DNA of 64,000 nucleotides from Tubulanus polymorphus (taxonomy: Eukaryota; Animalia; Nemertea). The notes beneath the pieces were generated by a model that was not told the DNA's origin, searched no databases, and saw only the letters and a program-made list of their open reading frames with translations. The stretch is taken from assembly GCF_964204645.1 (NCBI RefSeq), contig NC_134035.1:3782001-3846000 (forward strand). The letters are read 5' to 3'. How positions within the stretch are numbered: the stretch's first letter is position 1; each line of letters begins with the position of its first letter. Both the position numbers and the translations under genes were made by a program. Shown one piece after another: positions 42,488 to 64,000 of this stretch.

Positions 42488-44382
42488 GCACCGAAGTCTA
42501 CGAGCAATCATCGTTGAGATGATTGCTCCTAGCTGTAGTCAATGCCAGGAAAGATGATCTTCAATCGATTTCAAGACCCGTCCTTATTGGATCGGTTTTA
42601 CATCTACGATGGTCTAATGGTCTAAGATTACGCCTTTAGTCTAAGCATCGACTGCAAAACTGGCGCTTGGGTTTTATAGTTAAAACTGGTCTATAAAAAC
42701 GGCCTCCAGTATAGTATTAATAGACCAGACCCGAATCTTAAAAGCGAGCTCTCGTTACTTGGAGAGCTGCCTGGTGATTCGGGGCCTACAACGATTTGTT
42801 TTTGATCATGTCACAAAGTTTGCGTGCCCGGTTCCTTCGTGAAAAGAGGTGCCGAGTCGCGATAGAATATTTTATGAATATTAATAAATTATTTCAAGTA
42901 ATTTTTCATTCGTTGTTGATGATTATTTTTCCAGAATTGAGGAGGACATAATAAAAAAGGAGAATCAGTATTTATTAATTTTTTCTCTGAGTAAAGTCGA
43001 GGAATTTGAATGTGTGGTTCCTGCTGGTGATGAGTGGTGCAAGGAACCTCTTGCTAAGTAACAGCCCCCACTGAGGATATCTTATAATCTAGTCAAGTAA
43101 TTTGAATCATGGTGACGACTGGCACAAGGAACTTCTTGAGAAGAAATAGCCCCCACTGAGGATATTTTATAGTTTAATGAGGGAAATATATCAGGGAATT
43201 TGGAATTCGTTCCCTGATTTGTAAGAACCCTGAGAGGACAAAACTGAGCCCGAAGAAGATCTGAGATTTTTAGGTGACCAGTACCGAATAAGGAGGAGAC
43301 GACCGTGTTAAAGATCTAAAGAAAATCCGATCGCTATGACGCAGTTAGCAGAGCTGGCAACTGTTCCTGATTTTCAGTACTGTCAAGATTTTGAGAAATA
43401 TTGATTTGATTTGTTTGATCCGTTAAACCTGACGCACACGGCTTGAGTCTTAAGTTTCATTAGAACAGAAAACACGTTTCGCTGCTCACAAACGTTGAAA
43501 TGATCAACGCACACGGCATAACAAAGCACATCGAACATGTTCTTCGGGGAAAAAACGTTACTTCGATGGCATATGCGTTGGGCTTTGTAAAATTTGAAAG
43601 ATGTTAATGCGAGGGTCTTGTCCCCTTGATTACTGATTCATTTGATATTTCAAAGAAAATGTTCCTTAAAATCATGAAATTCAACTTGTTACTGATAGCA
43701 CCGAAAAGAGGTTGGCAGCCCTGCAGAAGATGATAAGAAGAGATATGTGGTTGAGTAAAGGAACGTTTCCCGGGTTCTGGTCAATGGGTGGTGAGAAACC
43801 GAGGTGTCTCACAGATCGTCATCAGAAACGTCTAGAAAATGAGTAAAATCCAATAAGAAGTCAAGGTGTCGACCATTCTTGAGTCCAATCGTGGTTTGGT
43901 TTTAGTGTCCAATATGTAGCGAATTTAAAGGAGCGCGGTTGAATATATCTATCATGGCCGCCTTAGATCGATTTGCAGAACTCTTTCCGTTATTGAGAAC
44001 CATTACGTTAAAGAGAACGAGCTTTTAGAACGACACCTACCAATAATGCGCTATATCACTTCAAGATTCCGCGTCACGATTATCCGTAATAAATCAAATG
44101 TTCTCTCTAAATGTTCCCACTTACGCGGACACTTTTTATTAATTAAAAATCAGAATCGATTTCTTATCGAATATTCTCCACGAAAAATAGACGTTTCGTT
44201 CGATAATCGTGTAAGCGAAATGACACTCGACAAGCACTTTTTCATGTCCTGCCTATCGAATCGGTCATTTTCAGTGGTTGAAGTGCTATTTTAGATGCAC
44301 GTGAAGTTTTCTGTCTGTATCTATATATAATGAATGGTTGGTGAATGGATTGCATTTTTTCATGGAAACGCGAACTGAAACT

Positions 44383-48327
<3,945 letters not shown>

Positions 48328-48874
48328 ATTCTGAGATACTCAGGGCGAGGGGATACAATAGACAAACATTATGATATTTTTCATATACTAAAAAAGTTGC
48401 CGAATCATGGAGGCCCTACGCAGCCTACTAAACATATAGGTAAATTGCATGAAGTTTTGCAAAGATATTACAAAAGTTTCACTTGTCTATTACTGTTGGA
48501 ATAATAAAGAGAGAAAACTACAGTAAAGATGTTTGTTTTTTTTATTTTTCCGTCTTTCATGGCGAATAGGACAGATCTTCCGCTCCTCTTCTAAAGTTCG
48601 GGCATCGGGCAAGGTTTGAGACTTTGGTGGCATTACAGTTCACAGAAAGTCGGCTAGAGGTGCTCGGAAAATCTAGAATTATGATAGACCTTTCTTGATG
48701 CATTTTATTCATGAATTTAGAATATATTCAAAATCAGTTAAACAGGGGCAACTCTAACGTCACTGAGGAACGACTGTAAGACGATGGCATTTTACACACG
48801 ATCAGCTTATTTTGATTAGATTTTTAATCCGTCGTATTCCAGAAATTCTCATTCTAGTTTCTGGCTAGAATAAA

Positions 48875-49018
48875 TAAACAAATAGATTGAATATAGAAAA
48901 TGAGGAATACGCTTTTTGAAGTCACGGTAAAAATCTATGGAACATATAGTAATATTCAAATTATACAAATTAAAGTTTCAATAACGGATTAAATTATTTG
49001 AACACATTGCTGGGCAAC
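48875..49018 (+). promoter_or_regulatory. Candidate ciliary/flagellar gene promoter elements (RFX X-box and forkhead site) upstream of CatSper4
   Basis: ATTGCTGGGCAAC at 49006-49018 (X-box-like, perfect GGCAAC half-site) and TAAACAAA at 48875-48882, within 250 bp of the putative ATG. Confidence 0.45.
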
Positions 49019-49111
49019 GATGAGTAATCCGAGGGCACCTGAAACGCAAAATCCATTGCAGCTGATCTAGATGGGATAAAACTTCATAAAAGAGAAAACG
49101 CCCGAAACGAA

Positions 49112-52100
49112 ATGCAGCCCTCGACCACAGACGACGAAAGTCGGCCCGCCTCGGCAGCAGCGACGACTGCTGGAGCGGCTGGAAAATGGAAGGGAATGAA
49201 AAGCGGAGCAACTTTTCAATCAGTAAGTTTAACGACCTGCTGATAGGCCTACTCGACCAAAAGATAGCGCAAATCGGGATCCTTTCGAGATATCAGGGTA
49301 GGATTTTGGTAATATCTATACTTTTCTATCTATCGTATAGCAAGTGAAAAAGGTTATCATGGCGAATAGGTTTTTAACTAAGAAACCAGCAACCGAAGAG
49401 CCGGAGGAAGAGTATGATAAAATCTAGTTCTACCCGATTTCAACGAAAATGTGACTATAATATGCTGCTTACATTGTTTTTTTTTGCATTTGTCTTTTTT
49501 AAGTCCTGATGAATCTGACTCGAATAGAAAATTCCTGTTCGACGCTGCAGCTGTAAGTATTCGATTGGGGTCGAAGAGAAACGGGTAAGACTGGACGGTC
49601 ACTCTACTGTATATAGAATCTGTGCCGGTTTTTTCCTTTGTCAGTTGAAAAAAGGAAAATTAGGAGATCTGTTCACCGAAGAGGAGCCGCCGGAGGAAGA
49701 CTTCAATGAGATCGTCCACTGGGACGACGAACGCGTTGAGAATTACATATCGACAGAGCTGGTCGGCAGTTTCATCGAAAGTCTACCGTTTCGTATGTTC
49801 ATTTTCGGGGTCATTATCGTCAATTCGGTTTTGATCGCTATTCAAACTAACGAGGAATGGGTAAGCTCGTCACATTTCTATAGTATCTTACAGACCCAGT
49901 AAAACTTTTACATCCCTTTGCTATAACGCACTTTTCATTATTCTGATTAAGGCTACGTTCAACCAACCTTTTTTACTGACTATACAGCAACTGGTATCAT
50001 AATATGAATCCCAATTCCATAATTCCGATTACATATTTCAGTTGGCTCAGAATTCGTTGATGTTTTCGATATTGGAACAGATCGTCTTGACGATCTACTG
50101 CTGCGAGATACTGCTGAAATGGTATTATGGATTCTGGATTTTCTGGAGGTCCGGCTGGAACATTCTCGACTTCGTCATCATCTTAGCTTTGGTTCTGGGC
50201 CCCAGTAAGTGCGAACATCAATCCCTAATTCGTCGTTAAATCTTGTCGATGTAACCATATATATTTCATGAAATATCTTTTAGCTCTGACGTTCCTGGGC
50301 AGTAGTAGAATTCTGAGGATTCTGCGTGTTTTGAGGGCATTTCGTAGTTTGAAGAGGTATGTATAGCACTTTTTAGGGAGAACGTCTACCAAATTCTGAA
50401 TCGCCTTGGAATAATCCGATCTTTCTTGAATTCTAGCATAAGTGCACTCGCAGGGCTTTCCATGGTCGTTCAGACTATACTTCAATCAATCCCAGGTCAG
50501 ATTTTTCATAAGAAAAGTACGATGTCCCCAGGACGCTTTCAAACATTTTCATAACATTTCCTTTCATTGATTATGATATCATCCACAGATATGATCTATA
50601 TTGGATTGCTGTTGACGATTATTCTGTTGGTTTTTGCCGTGGCTGGAGTGATTCTATTCGGCAAAGAGATACCAGAAAACTTTGGAACATTACTAACAGG
50701 TAAGGATGGCTGCATCGCAAATCTAGTGTAATTCATATTTACTTTCATATTTATATACATGCCAGAAACTAAGAAAACCAACTATAAACAAATAACACCA
50801 TCTCCAAGGCCGAATCCAATCCGCCGAAGATTCGCCGAAGAAAACTTTGCTCATCTATTTAGAGTGGCCTTTGGTGAAAATGGGTTACGGAAGTTGAACC
50901 GTGGACCCACGACGACGTGACGACGTCCACATGATTCTGGAATCTGCAATGTCATGTTTTCAATTCATATTTCAGCGTTGTTTTCGTTGTTCATTTGCGT
51001 GACTCAAGACGGTTGGATTGGAATCTACAATTCAGTTAAGGTTAGTTGGCTAAGCTGGGCAGGGACTACTACAACGGACACTTTCAGCAACAACGTCGTC
51101 AATGCGGTCATACTGTCTTAGATACCCATGTAGTCAAACATCTGATTAACTTCATATCTGAGATGTTCCCTGTTCTATTTAATCCAGGCATCAGATGAGG
51201 CCGGTATACAGATTACCGGGGCTATCTACTTCTCATTGGTCATCATGATCGGAGCGTTCGTATTCGCTAACTTGATCGTGGCCGTGGTCGTAACGAACCT
51301 GGTAAGTCCACTGATTACTCCAACGTCTGTAGTCTCCGCGTCATAGTATTGACAATATGCAAGTTTCTTTCTAGGAACTAGCCATGAAAGAAATGCGAGC
51401 TGAACAGCGAGCTCGCCAGGATCTACTCGCCACTAATACCAAAGAGCCAACCAATCAAGAACAACAAGACAAAGATCCCGATGCAGTCGGTGCGTACCTT
51501 AACGATGATATTCACAAGTAATTTTTCATACACGTAAAAACTTGTTGATATCAAAAAAGGATGGAATGATAGTAATAAGTGGTAATAAGCCAGATTTCTA
51601 CAGCCTAGGTTGTTGAATTTGTACTACAGATGCTGCCCTTCTGGATGATGTGCCATTAGTTGGAATCGAGGAAGTTTTAAAGGACATTTCGGTCAATTTC
51701 TCATTGCAAAATCCTCTGCAAAAACCGGTAATCTTCTCAGTTTCATGTATATAATGGTAATCCTGCCCCTCAGAATCCCTTGGGCATGATAGGAAACTTG
51801 CAATCAGAGAATGGTGCATTTTAAAACCAAATTATAAGACCAGTTAAACCACCTGACTGGTCGCCAGCCTAACGGATATCCAGCTTGAACAGACAAACCT
51901 GCAGGCTCCGTACATCACCAAGAGTCGGTGGTCTAGTGCTATAAGTACGAAGGCTTTGAGGCTTTGGAAAATATCCTGGCTATAACGGATCTGAAATTCA
52001 ATGAAATTGTTTAGTGAAGACGATAGTTACAACAGAAAAAGGGATTCACTTACTGACTCTTATTTTTACACGGGCAGGATCTCCGCCATTTGACGATGGA

Positions 52101-53312
52101 AAAAGCTCAACACTATTTTCTCATCCTGAGCGTCATACAAGAAAACTTGGCAGAATACAAGAAAATCCGAGCTGATTTCGATATGGTATTTACGTCACGT
52201 ATTCAGATACGTGCACAGCGCTTAGGGAGTGAACAGTTCTCATGAATTAACAACACTTTCTTTTCATTCATTCGCCATAAATTCTATGGAACTTTATCGG
52301 CAGATTTTCGAGTTGATTCGAGACATGAATCTGAATCTGGAAGAAGCTGAAGACGCTGAAGAGGAAGTGATGGAAAGTACGACTCATTTGATCCGCAAAT
52401 TCTCGGGAATGCTGACCGTGAGTATCATCGCAGTGGCCGAGTGGTTTAAGCCGTCTGTCACTGGTCTCATCATCAATCCAGGGTTTATGGGCCCAAACCC
52501 TGGTGGCGACAGAGTTTCTTTACCCATTGGGAAAGGGAAACATCGAACCCGCTTATAATGCCCTGCGTGGCGCTTAGCGGGTTGAGGGTGTTAAAAAAAG
52601 TATCATTGATATCTTATACGCGTTAAAACCCACGATAATGGTCATATTCTAGCGTGTTCATTTTTCATATATAGACGAAAGGGGACATTCTGTCAAACTT
52701 GATCAAGATGGAAAAAGAGCAACTTGTATCATCGCATAACGCTAGGAATATCCACGAAATCATCAGACCGATGAGAAATCAGGTAAGATACAATAACTAC
52801 CGGTATACTATATTGCAGGGCTGAGAAAGTTAAGTGCTTTCTAAGCAAGTTGGAACATTTCATTGAACATGGAAGATAATACATGTAAATATTCTTCAAT
52901 TACTACATGAAGCACCAAACCAGATATTTCTCAGGACAAAATACTGAAAACATCAGCTCTGAGCATTAGTTCAACCTATAAGCCCTTTTATTACGTAAAA
53001 CATAGACGGAAACTGTTTGATGTTGAAACCGCGTGATCTAGCAATCTCAACAAATTTCCCTGACTTATCCTTAGCTCTTTTACGAAATCCCCAGACTTTT
53101 TTAAAGATAATCGAATTCCCCTATTTTCAGGTAAGTGGCCACCCTGAATTAGTAGTATTCCTTTCAAGTTAGATGGGGTAGAGATAAATCGCGATTTTTG
53201 GTCGTTACAGGTCGCCAAACTTCAGGCGTTTACGCGCCGAGCTTCGAGGAAGAGCGTAGATGTAGGTTCGATGTCAGTCGACCCTAAATCGCGTAAAGAC
53301 AGTCATCGGTAA
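49112..53312 (+). CDS. CATSPER4: CatSper4-like sperm cation channel alpha subunit. Exons: 49112-49222 and 49383-49411 (N-terminus tentative), 49504-49552, 49645-49860, 50042-50204, 50284-50356, 50437-50495, 50589-50699, 50976-51040, 51188-51301, 51375-51489, 51630-51727, 52078-52185, 52304-52417, 52675-52782, 53211-53312
   Basis: Single 6TM channel domain: S3 'GWNILDF', S4 'RILRILRVLRAFRSLK', pore 'LFICVTQDGW' (TQDGW is the CatSper4-type filter), S6 'IGAFVFANLIVAVVVTNL', C-terminal coiled coil. Exons are in phase with GT-AG; AATAAA at about 53412. Confidence 0.88.
52428..52599 (+). mobile_element. Degenerate tRNA-derived SINE in a CatSper4 intron
   Basis: A box TGGCCGAGTGG, degenerate B box, A-rich tail at about 52593. 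Confidence 0.45.
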
Positions 53313-56263
53313 TTCAGGAGCGAGGAGAACGTAGAACTGGAACTCGTTGCACAGAGAAGTTGTCTTGTCGTTTTGAACTGAATACACGTTTGTTAATCGT
53401 AAAACTTCATCAATAAACGTTGATATTTTCATGTTTCGTTTCAAATACAACTCGACCACAGGGAGGGGTGAAGTTTACGACATCTTCCCTAAGTTCGTTA
53501 GTAAGCAAGCACAGTAAGCAACCAGGGGCCAGCTGCTTAAAAGTTTGTTAAAGATAACCCGCGGATAAATACCATAGTAGTAACAATAAACTTTTAATCA
53601 TCACTATGTCAACTATCCACCGGTTAACTCTAACTACCAACTTATGAACAACCGCAACCCCCGATAAGCTAACCATGCTTTCATGAATTCGACCGATGCA
53701 ACTCACTAATGTACTAAAACACTGTTGTACAAAGTTAAGGATTTTTATTTAAAAAATTAAAATTGGTGGGAACATTATCATCATCATCATCATCATTATT
53801 AGAATCATCACGAGCGTATATTAGTTATTGATAATTTTCATTTTTTGTAATCAATATATGGCAGATGATTTAAGCTATTTAAAAAAACGCTGTCAGTAAC
53901 GTTCGCAAAAACACGTACATAATACAATGTGACCCGACTTTTTTAAGAATTCGGATTATCATCGCTAAACCCCTGTTTACACTGTAGCCTAAACCCTACA
54001 CATTATCTAACTCGATTCTCATTACACAATGCAATCTCATACATAATTCGCAAAGCGAAAAAAAAAAAAAACAACGCGATCCGGTTCGACAACCGCGAGT
54101 TTAATTTCGATTCTACCGAGTTTACGCAATTGAAAATGAACTGATTTCAACTCCTTAGAATAAAATTAAACTCGCGACTGTCAAAGCGGATCCTAATCTT
54201 CATTCAGACCCGATTTCCAATTATCCAACTGTACACAAAGTTGAACTCCTACAAACATGCTCTAATTAGCGATATTCGAATGATTTCATCATGAAGTCAT
54301 TCACGACGATGAATTGGAAAAATATATCAACGTTGGATCGTCGAATAATCATAACACATGCAATTGGGTTTTATTCATATTCAACAACGACCAACGCGTT
54401 TCAATGCCAGCTTATAATCAATTTATGGAATCTCTCTCCTTCACGACACTTTTTGCCAGTCAAAAACAAAAATGAAAGTTTCTACGAATTCTAGATTTGT
54501 TTAGAATGAATAACGGATTCTGCAGTTCCACGGTCGCGAGTTAGATTCCTCTTCAACGATGAATATCAACTTTGATTTCGGTATTGCGTTTACTCGCCAC
54601 TGCAGAACTGCAGATATTCAAGTCATTTCCAAAAGCAGAATAACATTTTGTCCACGGCCTTTTACAGACATGACTACTATTTGAGAGCAGTTACTACCCT
54701 TTCAGAATTACTCCAAAGATTTACAAAATACTCTCAAAATCAGAACGGTTTCTAGCAATTGAGACTACTATTTCAGAAGTCAAATTCAGGTGAAAACTAC
54801 TAAGAGGGTAGAAGATACCAAGGTAGTCAAGTCTGCCTAATCCGGTATCCCAAAATTCATCAAATCGAGATAATTCCAATTCTTTGAATCTAAAAATCAT
54901 TCTGACTTTTTTAAAGAAATAAACACGATCTTCCCGGTTAAAGAAGGACGAGGGAGATGCTATTAATGCCCTCACTTGAACGTAAGAGGAGTGAACTGAA
55001 AAGTATTTCGAAATTGCTCCTTGAAGGAACAACGATGCTGCCATGAATCAGTCTACCGTCCTATACAGCCTACTACCTATACATATGAGACATTCTATAA
55101 ATAAACGCTATAATATTCGCTAATCAGTCGTTATTCTTTGATGAGAAAATCGTTTGTTGTTGAAATTAATCTCAATTACTGGCGCGTCAGAATTTCATTA
55201 GTGACCAAATGCTTTTTTCTTTTATTTCGACGAACGAAAATCAATCTCACGTAAAAAATGAATGAACGGCACGAGACGCGTCTACGCGATGACGAGAATC
55301 CAGGTTTTTAGAGTCGACAGAGTTTAATTCCGGGGTTTGCATGACCCCACCTGCTTACTAACCCCCAAAAAAGGTAGCATTTTTCATCCACTCACAGACT
55401 CAGACTTACCCCAATCACTGCCAAGAAATGAATTAGATCTTACACTTCTACAGTAAAAGGCTACGTGAGGGTTAAATTTGGTTTTGTATCTAGTTCCACA
55501 GTTGTTGTTTTGAATTCTTTCGTTCGGTAGAAATGAAATATGGAGATCATTTGGGACCAGTTTATCTGGATTAATCATTGAATTTTACATACATTTATGT
55601 ATAGCTGGACCAGATTAAAATCCAGATTACAAAGATCTACATTAAAGGGGTTCGGCTGTATGATAAAAACATCATTAGCCTTTAAAGCGATTCATTGCCA
55701 ATGTAGTTAACCCCCTGATTAGATTTTTAACTGCTTTGTACAGCCGGATCTTAGAGGATAGGGAACTCTCTCTCTCTATCAATAGGTTTGCACAGCAGCT
55801 TTACCTTTACCTGATTAGCAGTACTTAACCCTTTCCTGTCCTTGTACAGTGTATCGCCTTTTCCAGTAAACACATTTTTGCAGAAAATGAGGTGCTAGCT
55901 TCTATATACTACCTACAATTGACGGTAGGTAGTATTTTGGTTTAAGATTACGATTTTATCAATGTTTGATAATTTAATAAAGAAAAGGGGCCAACAACAA
56001 ATCACCATGACAGGGTTAAGCACTAGACAACTCTAAAACCCGAGATTAAAGACAATCGCGTAGACGTGGCTAAAACGTGCTAATATATATACGTATATAA
56101 CCGGTATACACGGGTAAAATTAACATTTTCAAACATGTCGTAACGTAACAAGGTACGAAAAAACAAACCTTCGTCGTATGTTATATATAAATATATAAAA
56201 AGCCATAGATTTTTAAGTCTGAAAATCGTTTATCTTCGCGTGAAAATACAAATAAAAAAGAAA

Positions 56264-56294
<31 letters not shown>

Positions 56295-56656
56295 TTAACA
56301 TTTTATTTACTTTCAAAAGATGATAAAAAACCAACTGCAAATAAAGTATTTTTTACCGTAATCTCGAAAAATGGACAAATAAGGATGTCACGTCAGTTTC
56401 TTTAGAAAAAAATTCGAGAAAAAAAATTGTAATTCGCTCTTTTTTTGACGACTGATTTAAAAACAACCTTTGTTTCTGTAACTACAAACAACTAAATAAA
56501 TCGAGGAGGCTAAATAGAAAATTTTACACAAGTATTCGCTATTTTTACAGCGCGCGCGAGAGAGAGAGAGACATTTCGTTCTCATTCGATACACAGCAGA
56601 ACTCGCTTAATTCGGATCATTTCCAACCGACGGAATTACGAGAAATCCGCATTTAA

Positions 56657-56926
56657 CCCTTTCAGCGGATCTACACCGCAATACGATGTATTAATCAACG
56701 ATGGACTTTTCCAGTACACAGCGCCACGGTGTATTTATGTGATTTACTTTTATCTCCAATGAAAGATGGAAGCACCTATCAAACAGTGAAATATTAGTAA
56801 CCAATGATACACCGCACTGCGGTGAAGACGCGCCATAGCAGTATACCTGTTACACCATGCATTGGGGTGGATTTTTTCAAATTATCTCCAGCACTTTCGG
56901 ATATTAATTAGTCAGAACTGACAGGG
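56657..56926. mobile_element. piggyBac-type MITE; family members at about 36040-36310 and 59068-59270; another TTAA-flanked element at 55829-56015
   Basis: TTAA|CCCTTTCAG ... CTGACAGGG|TTAA; internal sequence shared in inverted orientation with the 36.1-kb and 59.1-kb copies. Confidence 0.8.
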
Positions 56927-57673
56927 TTAAACTCCTTGTTTTAGACGGTGTACATTTACATATAGATGGACCGTAAATATTAATACATCCACGTGGATCC
57001 AGAATCAGGTTAAAACTAATCCGAATTAAGTGGGTTTCGCTGCATATACATATATAACTATATATATATATATATATTTATTATCATCAATAATAATAAT
57101 GAGTCGTGAAAACAAATCGTTTTTTTTTAGTTTTGTTTTCGTTTTTGTACACATTGCACTCGTCCTCAAGAAGTAACGTGATTAATACTTTCAACAACGT
57201 TTTGTTTTTTGCGTTTCGTTTTCGACGAAGAATTCATTAGAGCGTTTTTCCCCAGTCTAAAGTATTTTTCCATTTTTCATCCGTAACGGATGAGAGAAAA
57301 TTCCACGAATTCCGCGAACTCGCGCGGCATTTCTAGTCGACGTTTTTGCATAAAGTCCGAGTACGCTATACGGGAACACAAAAGCGCGAACGGTTTTTCG
57401 CCGAACTGCCGGGTGGTTGCGCGGTGTAAGACAAGTTCTGTGCGTCTGCCTCGCGAAAAAACAACAATAAATTCCAGCGAGATTTATAGTCACGCGATGA
57501 TCGACGCGATTCGAGTGATGATATAAGGCAACTTTGTTGGATAATCCAGTCTGGCGGTGATATAAGAACCGGTGGTAAGAACAAGATGGAATAGAGGTTA
57601 TCGATATTTCTTTATATCCAAGCGCGCGTAGCGTTTCACAACCTAAAAATAAACGGGATAGTAATCCTAGCGT

Positions 57674-62122
<4,449 letters not shown>

Positions 62123-64000
62123 TTAAAATCATAAAACTCATCGATAACTTCTTCATTCAAGTTTTTGTCCTTCGCCAGTTAGAGGGACATTTTTGAAGCC
62201 TAATAATGTACATGACGTAGGGAAAAGCGAAACAAGAAATATGGAATCAGTTTGCCTTGCGTGGGTTGGGCTTTTTGTACACAAGATGGATAGAGAGAAA
62301 GGGATGGAGTGGGAGTATAGAAGGGGGAAGAAAGGGAGATGGAAGAAAGGATGGAGGTAGGCAGCATCTGTATCTGTATATACACGTTGACCTGGCATTA
62401 ATTGTCAAAGGTGGAGATAGGGTGAAAATGTCTATACAGAATCCCACAATAATAACTACAAAAATAACATTAGGTCCGAAATGTTTTGAGCTAGTTGTTT
62501 ACTCAACGTTTGGACTTTATCCTAATAGTCATCTTGTGGAATACTACATTCCAGTATTCCAGAAGACGAATATCTTAGAATATCTCGGAATCTATCGATA
62601 ATCTATAGATTATCGTTATAACGCCGACATAGCGTTTTATCAATCGTTAAGGACGGAGGTAGTCGAGAATAAATCGAATTTCAAGCACGTTTCACGTTCG
62701 TACGGAATGACGAGGGGTTATTCGGTGCGAGGAAAAAATACGAAAATCTAAAAAGAATTTCGAGACGACGTCATCCGCTCGTAAAATCGCGTCGTCGTCT
62801 TCTCGGTGTACAGTTCGTTCGATAAAACTACCGCTACGAACGATCATCAATGAGTTGACGAAGCTTTATTCGGCGAGCGATTAAAAACCGACGACGACAA
62901 TTACTTATAAAACATACGAACAAACGAACGTACCGATAAAACGAGGCACACGCGCACGAGCGTACCATCGGGTACGATGTTAAAAACCGCAAGGAAAAAA
63001 AATTTTACGGACGAACATCAAAGAGACGAATCGTCGAACGGTATTAATTTCTTTTTTTTTCGTTTCATCTTGTCGGATCTTGTCTCGAGGAAGATTCACT
63101 TTTTTGTTCGATCGAGTAAAATGTCGGTAAAAACTACTCGCCCCGATTTCGACGGATAGACGAATGTTATATCAGCAGGCGCACCTGACGACCTGAAACT
63201 ATATCTGATTTGAGTTCGTCGATGCTTGGTGTTTTTCAAACTGAATTTTTGACAATTTTCCACGACGAATTACAGAATAAAGCGTGTGATTTTTGAATTT
63301 CTCTTTCCAGTCATTGAGCGCGTACAAATGCTGGTTTAATTTGCGACTTCGCATTAGGGGGGCGGATTTCATCGAATATTTATCGGCGCGTCGTCGTCGC
63401 AAAACGGCCGCATTGTTGACCGCGTTTGTTATTTCAAAAACATCTTGCACCTCAACGAATCGAACGACAAGTGTCCGCGATTGTGCTGAAGTCGCTTAAT
63501 AGCGTTAAAAGCCATTATCCGTCTGCTGACGAAACGTTAATTTATCGCCTTAACGTCGTCGCGCTCGGAGCCGAGTTTGTGATCTTTTTTTAACCAAATG
63601 ATAAAAGATCGTCGTGCGTAAAAATGTTTCCGAGTACCGTCGTTTATCTTTTCGTTTTTTGAAATCTTCAAAAGCCTTTATCGAATGCATTTGTTGCGTC
63701 AACGGAAAACATTCGACGCAGTCATCGTCGACGAGATAATTATTCGGCTGAACTCGATGCGTTAATCGGGCGAAAAAACTCGAGTACATCGACAAGAGAA
63801 CGGCTTGTGACCTGCTCAAAACCTTTGATAAGGCGATGCAAGCTTCGTACAATGCATTCCATGTTGTAGTAAGAGATCTCTTCTCATTTCTGCCTTCGGT
63901 TTGATCTTGAAATGAGATGAGTATTCTTTTTTGGAAAAAAAACGAACATCCACTCTAAATAATTATTCTATGAGCTTTGGATCCCAGGCGCTGTTTCAAA

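Noticed and set aside
42940-43890. Possible decayed retroelement or coding fragment interrupted by a MITE, with an ~85-bp duplication
   Set aside because: No recognisable protein motif could be supported; needs BLASTX.

Overview
Eukaryotic (invertebrate animal, probably spiralian; taxon is inference only) genomic window with spliced genes and many repeats. Six protein-coding genes can be rebuilt exon by exon from GT-AG boundaries: a 2-exon MS4A/CD20-like tetraspan (+, 20017-21221), a 12-exon ALDH3 fatty-aldehyde dehydrogenase (-, 32069-25290) head-to-head with a 10-exon DNAJC25 (+, 32678-38531), a 9-exon astacin metalloprotease with two ShKT domains (+, 44383-48327), a CatSper4-like sperm Ca2+ channel subunit (+, about 49112-53312) and the 3' nine coding exons of Suppressor of Hairless/RBPJ (-, 62102-57674; 5' end outside the window). 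The first 17 kb has no recognisable gene. It holds a SINE, minisatellites, a roughly 3.2-copy tandem array of a 3-4 kb unit that has conserved splice signals but no conserved ORF, and LINE fragments. The most striking unexplained signal is a set of minimal type-I hammerhead ribozyme motifs in Penelope-like inverted repeats at four loci: a nested double hairpin with four motifs and a 14-bp TSD (16720-17225), a 53-bp hammerhead-derived minisatellite in an ALDH3 intron, and single inverted units in DNAJC25 and astacin introns. In all three intronic cases the copy on the host gene's sense strand has a broken catalytic core. Most short ORFs in the supplied track are spurious.
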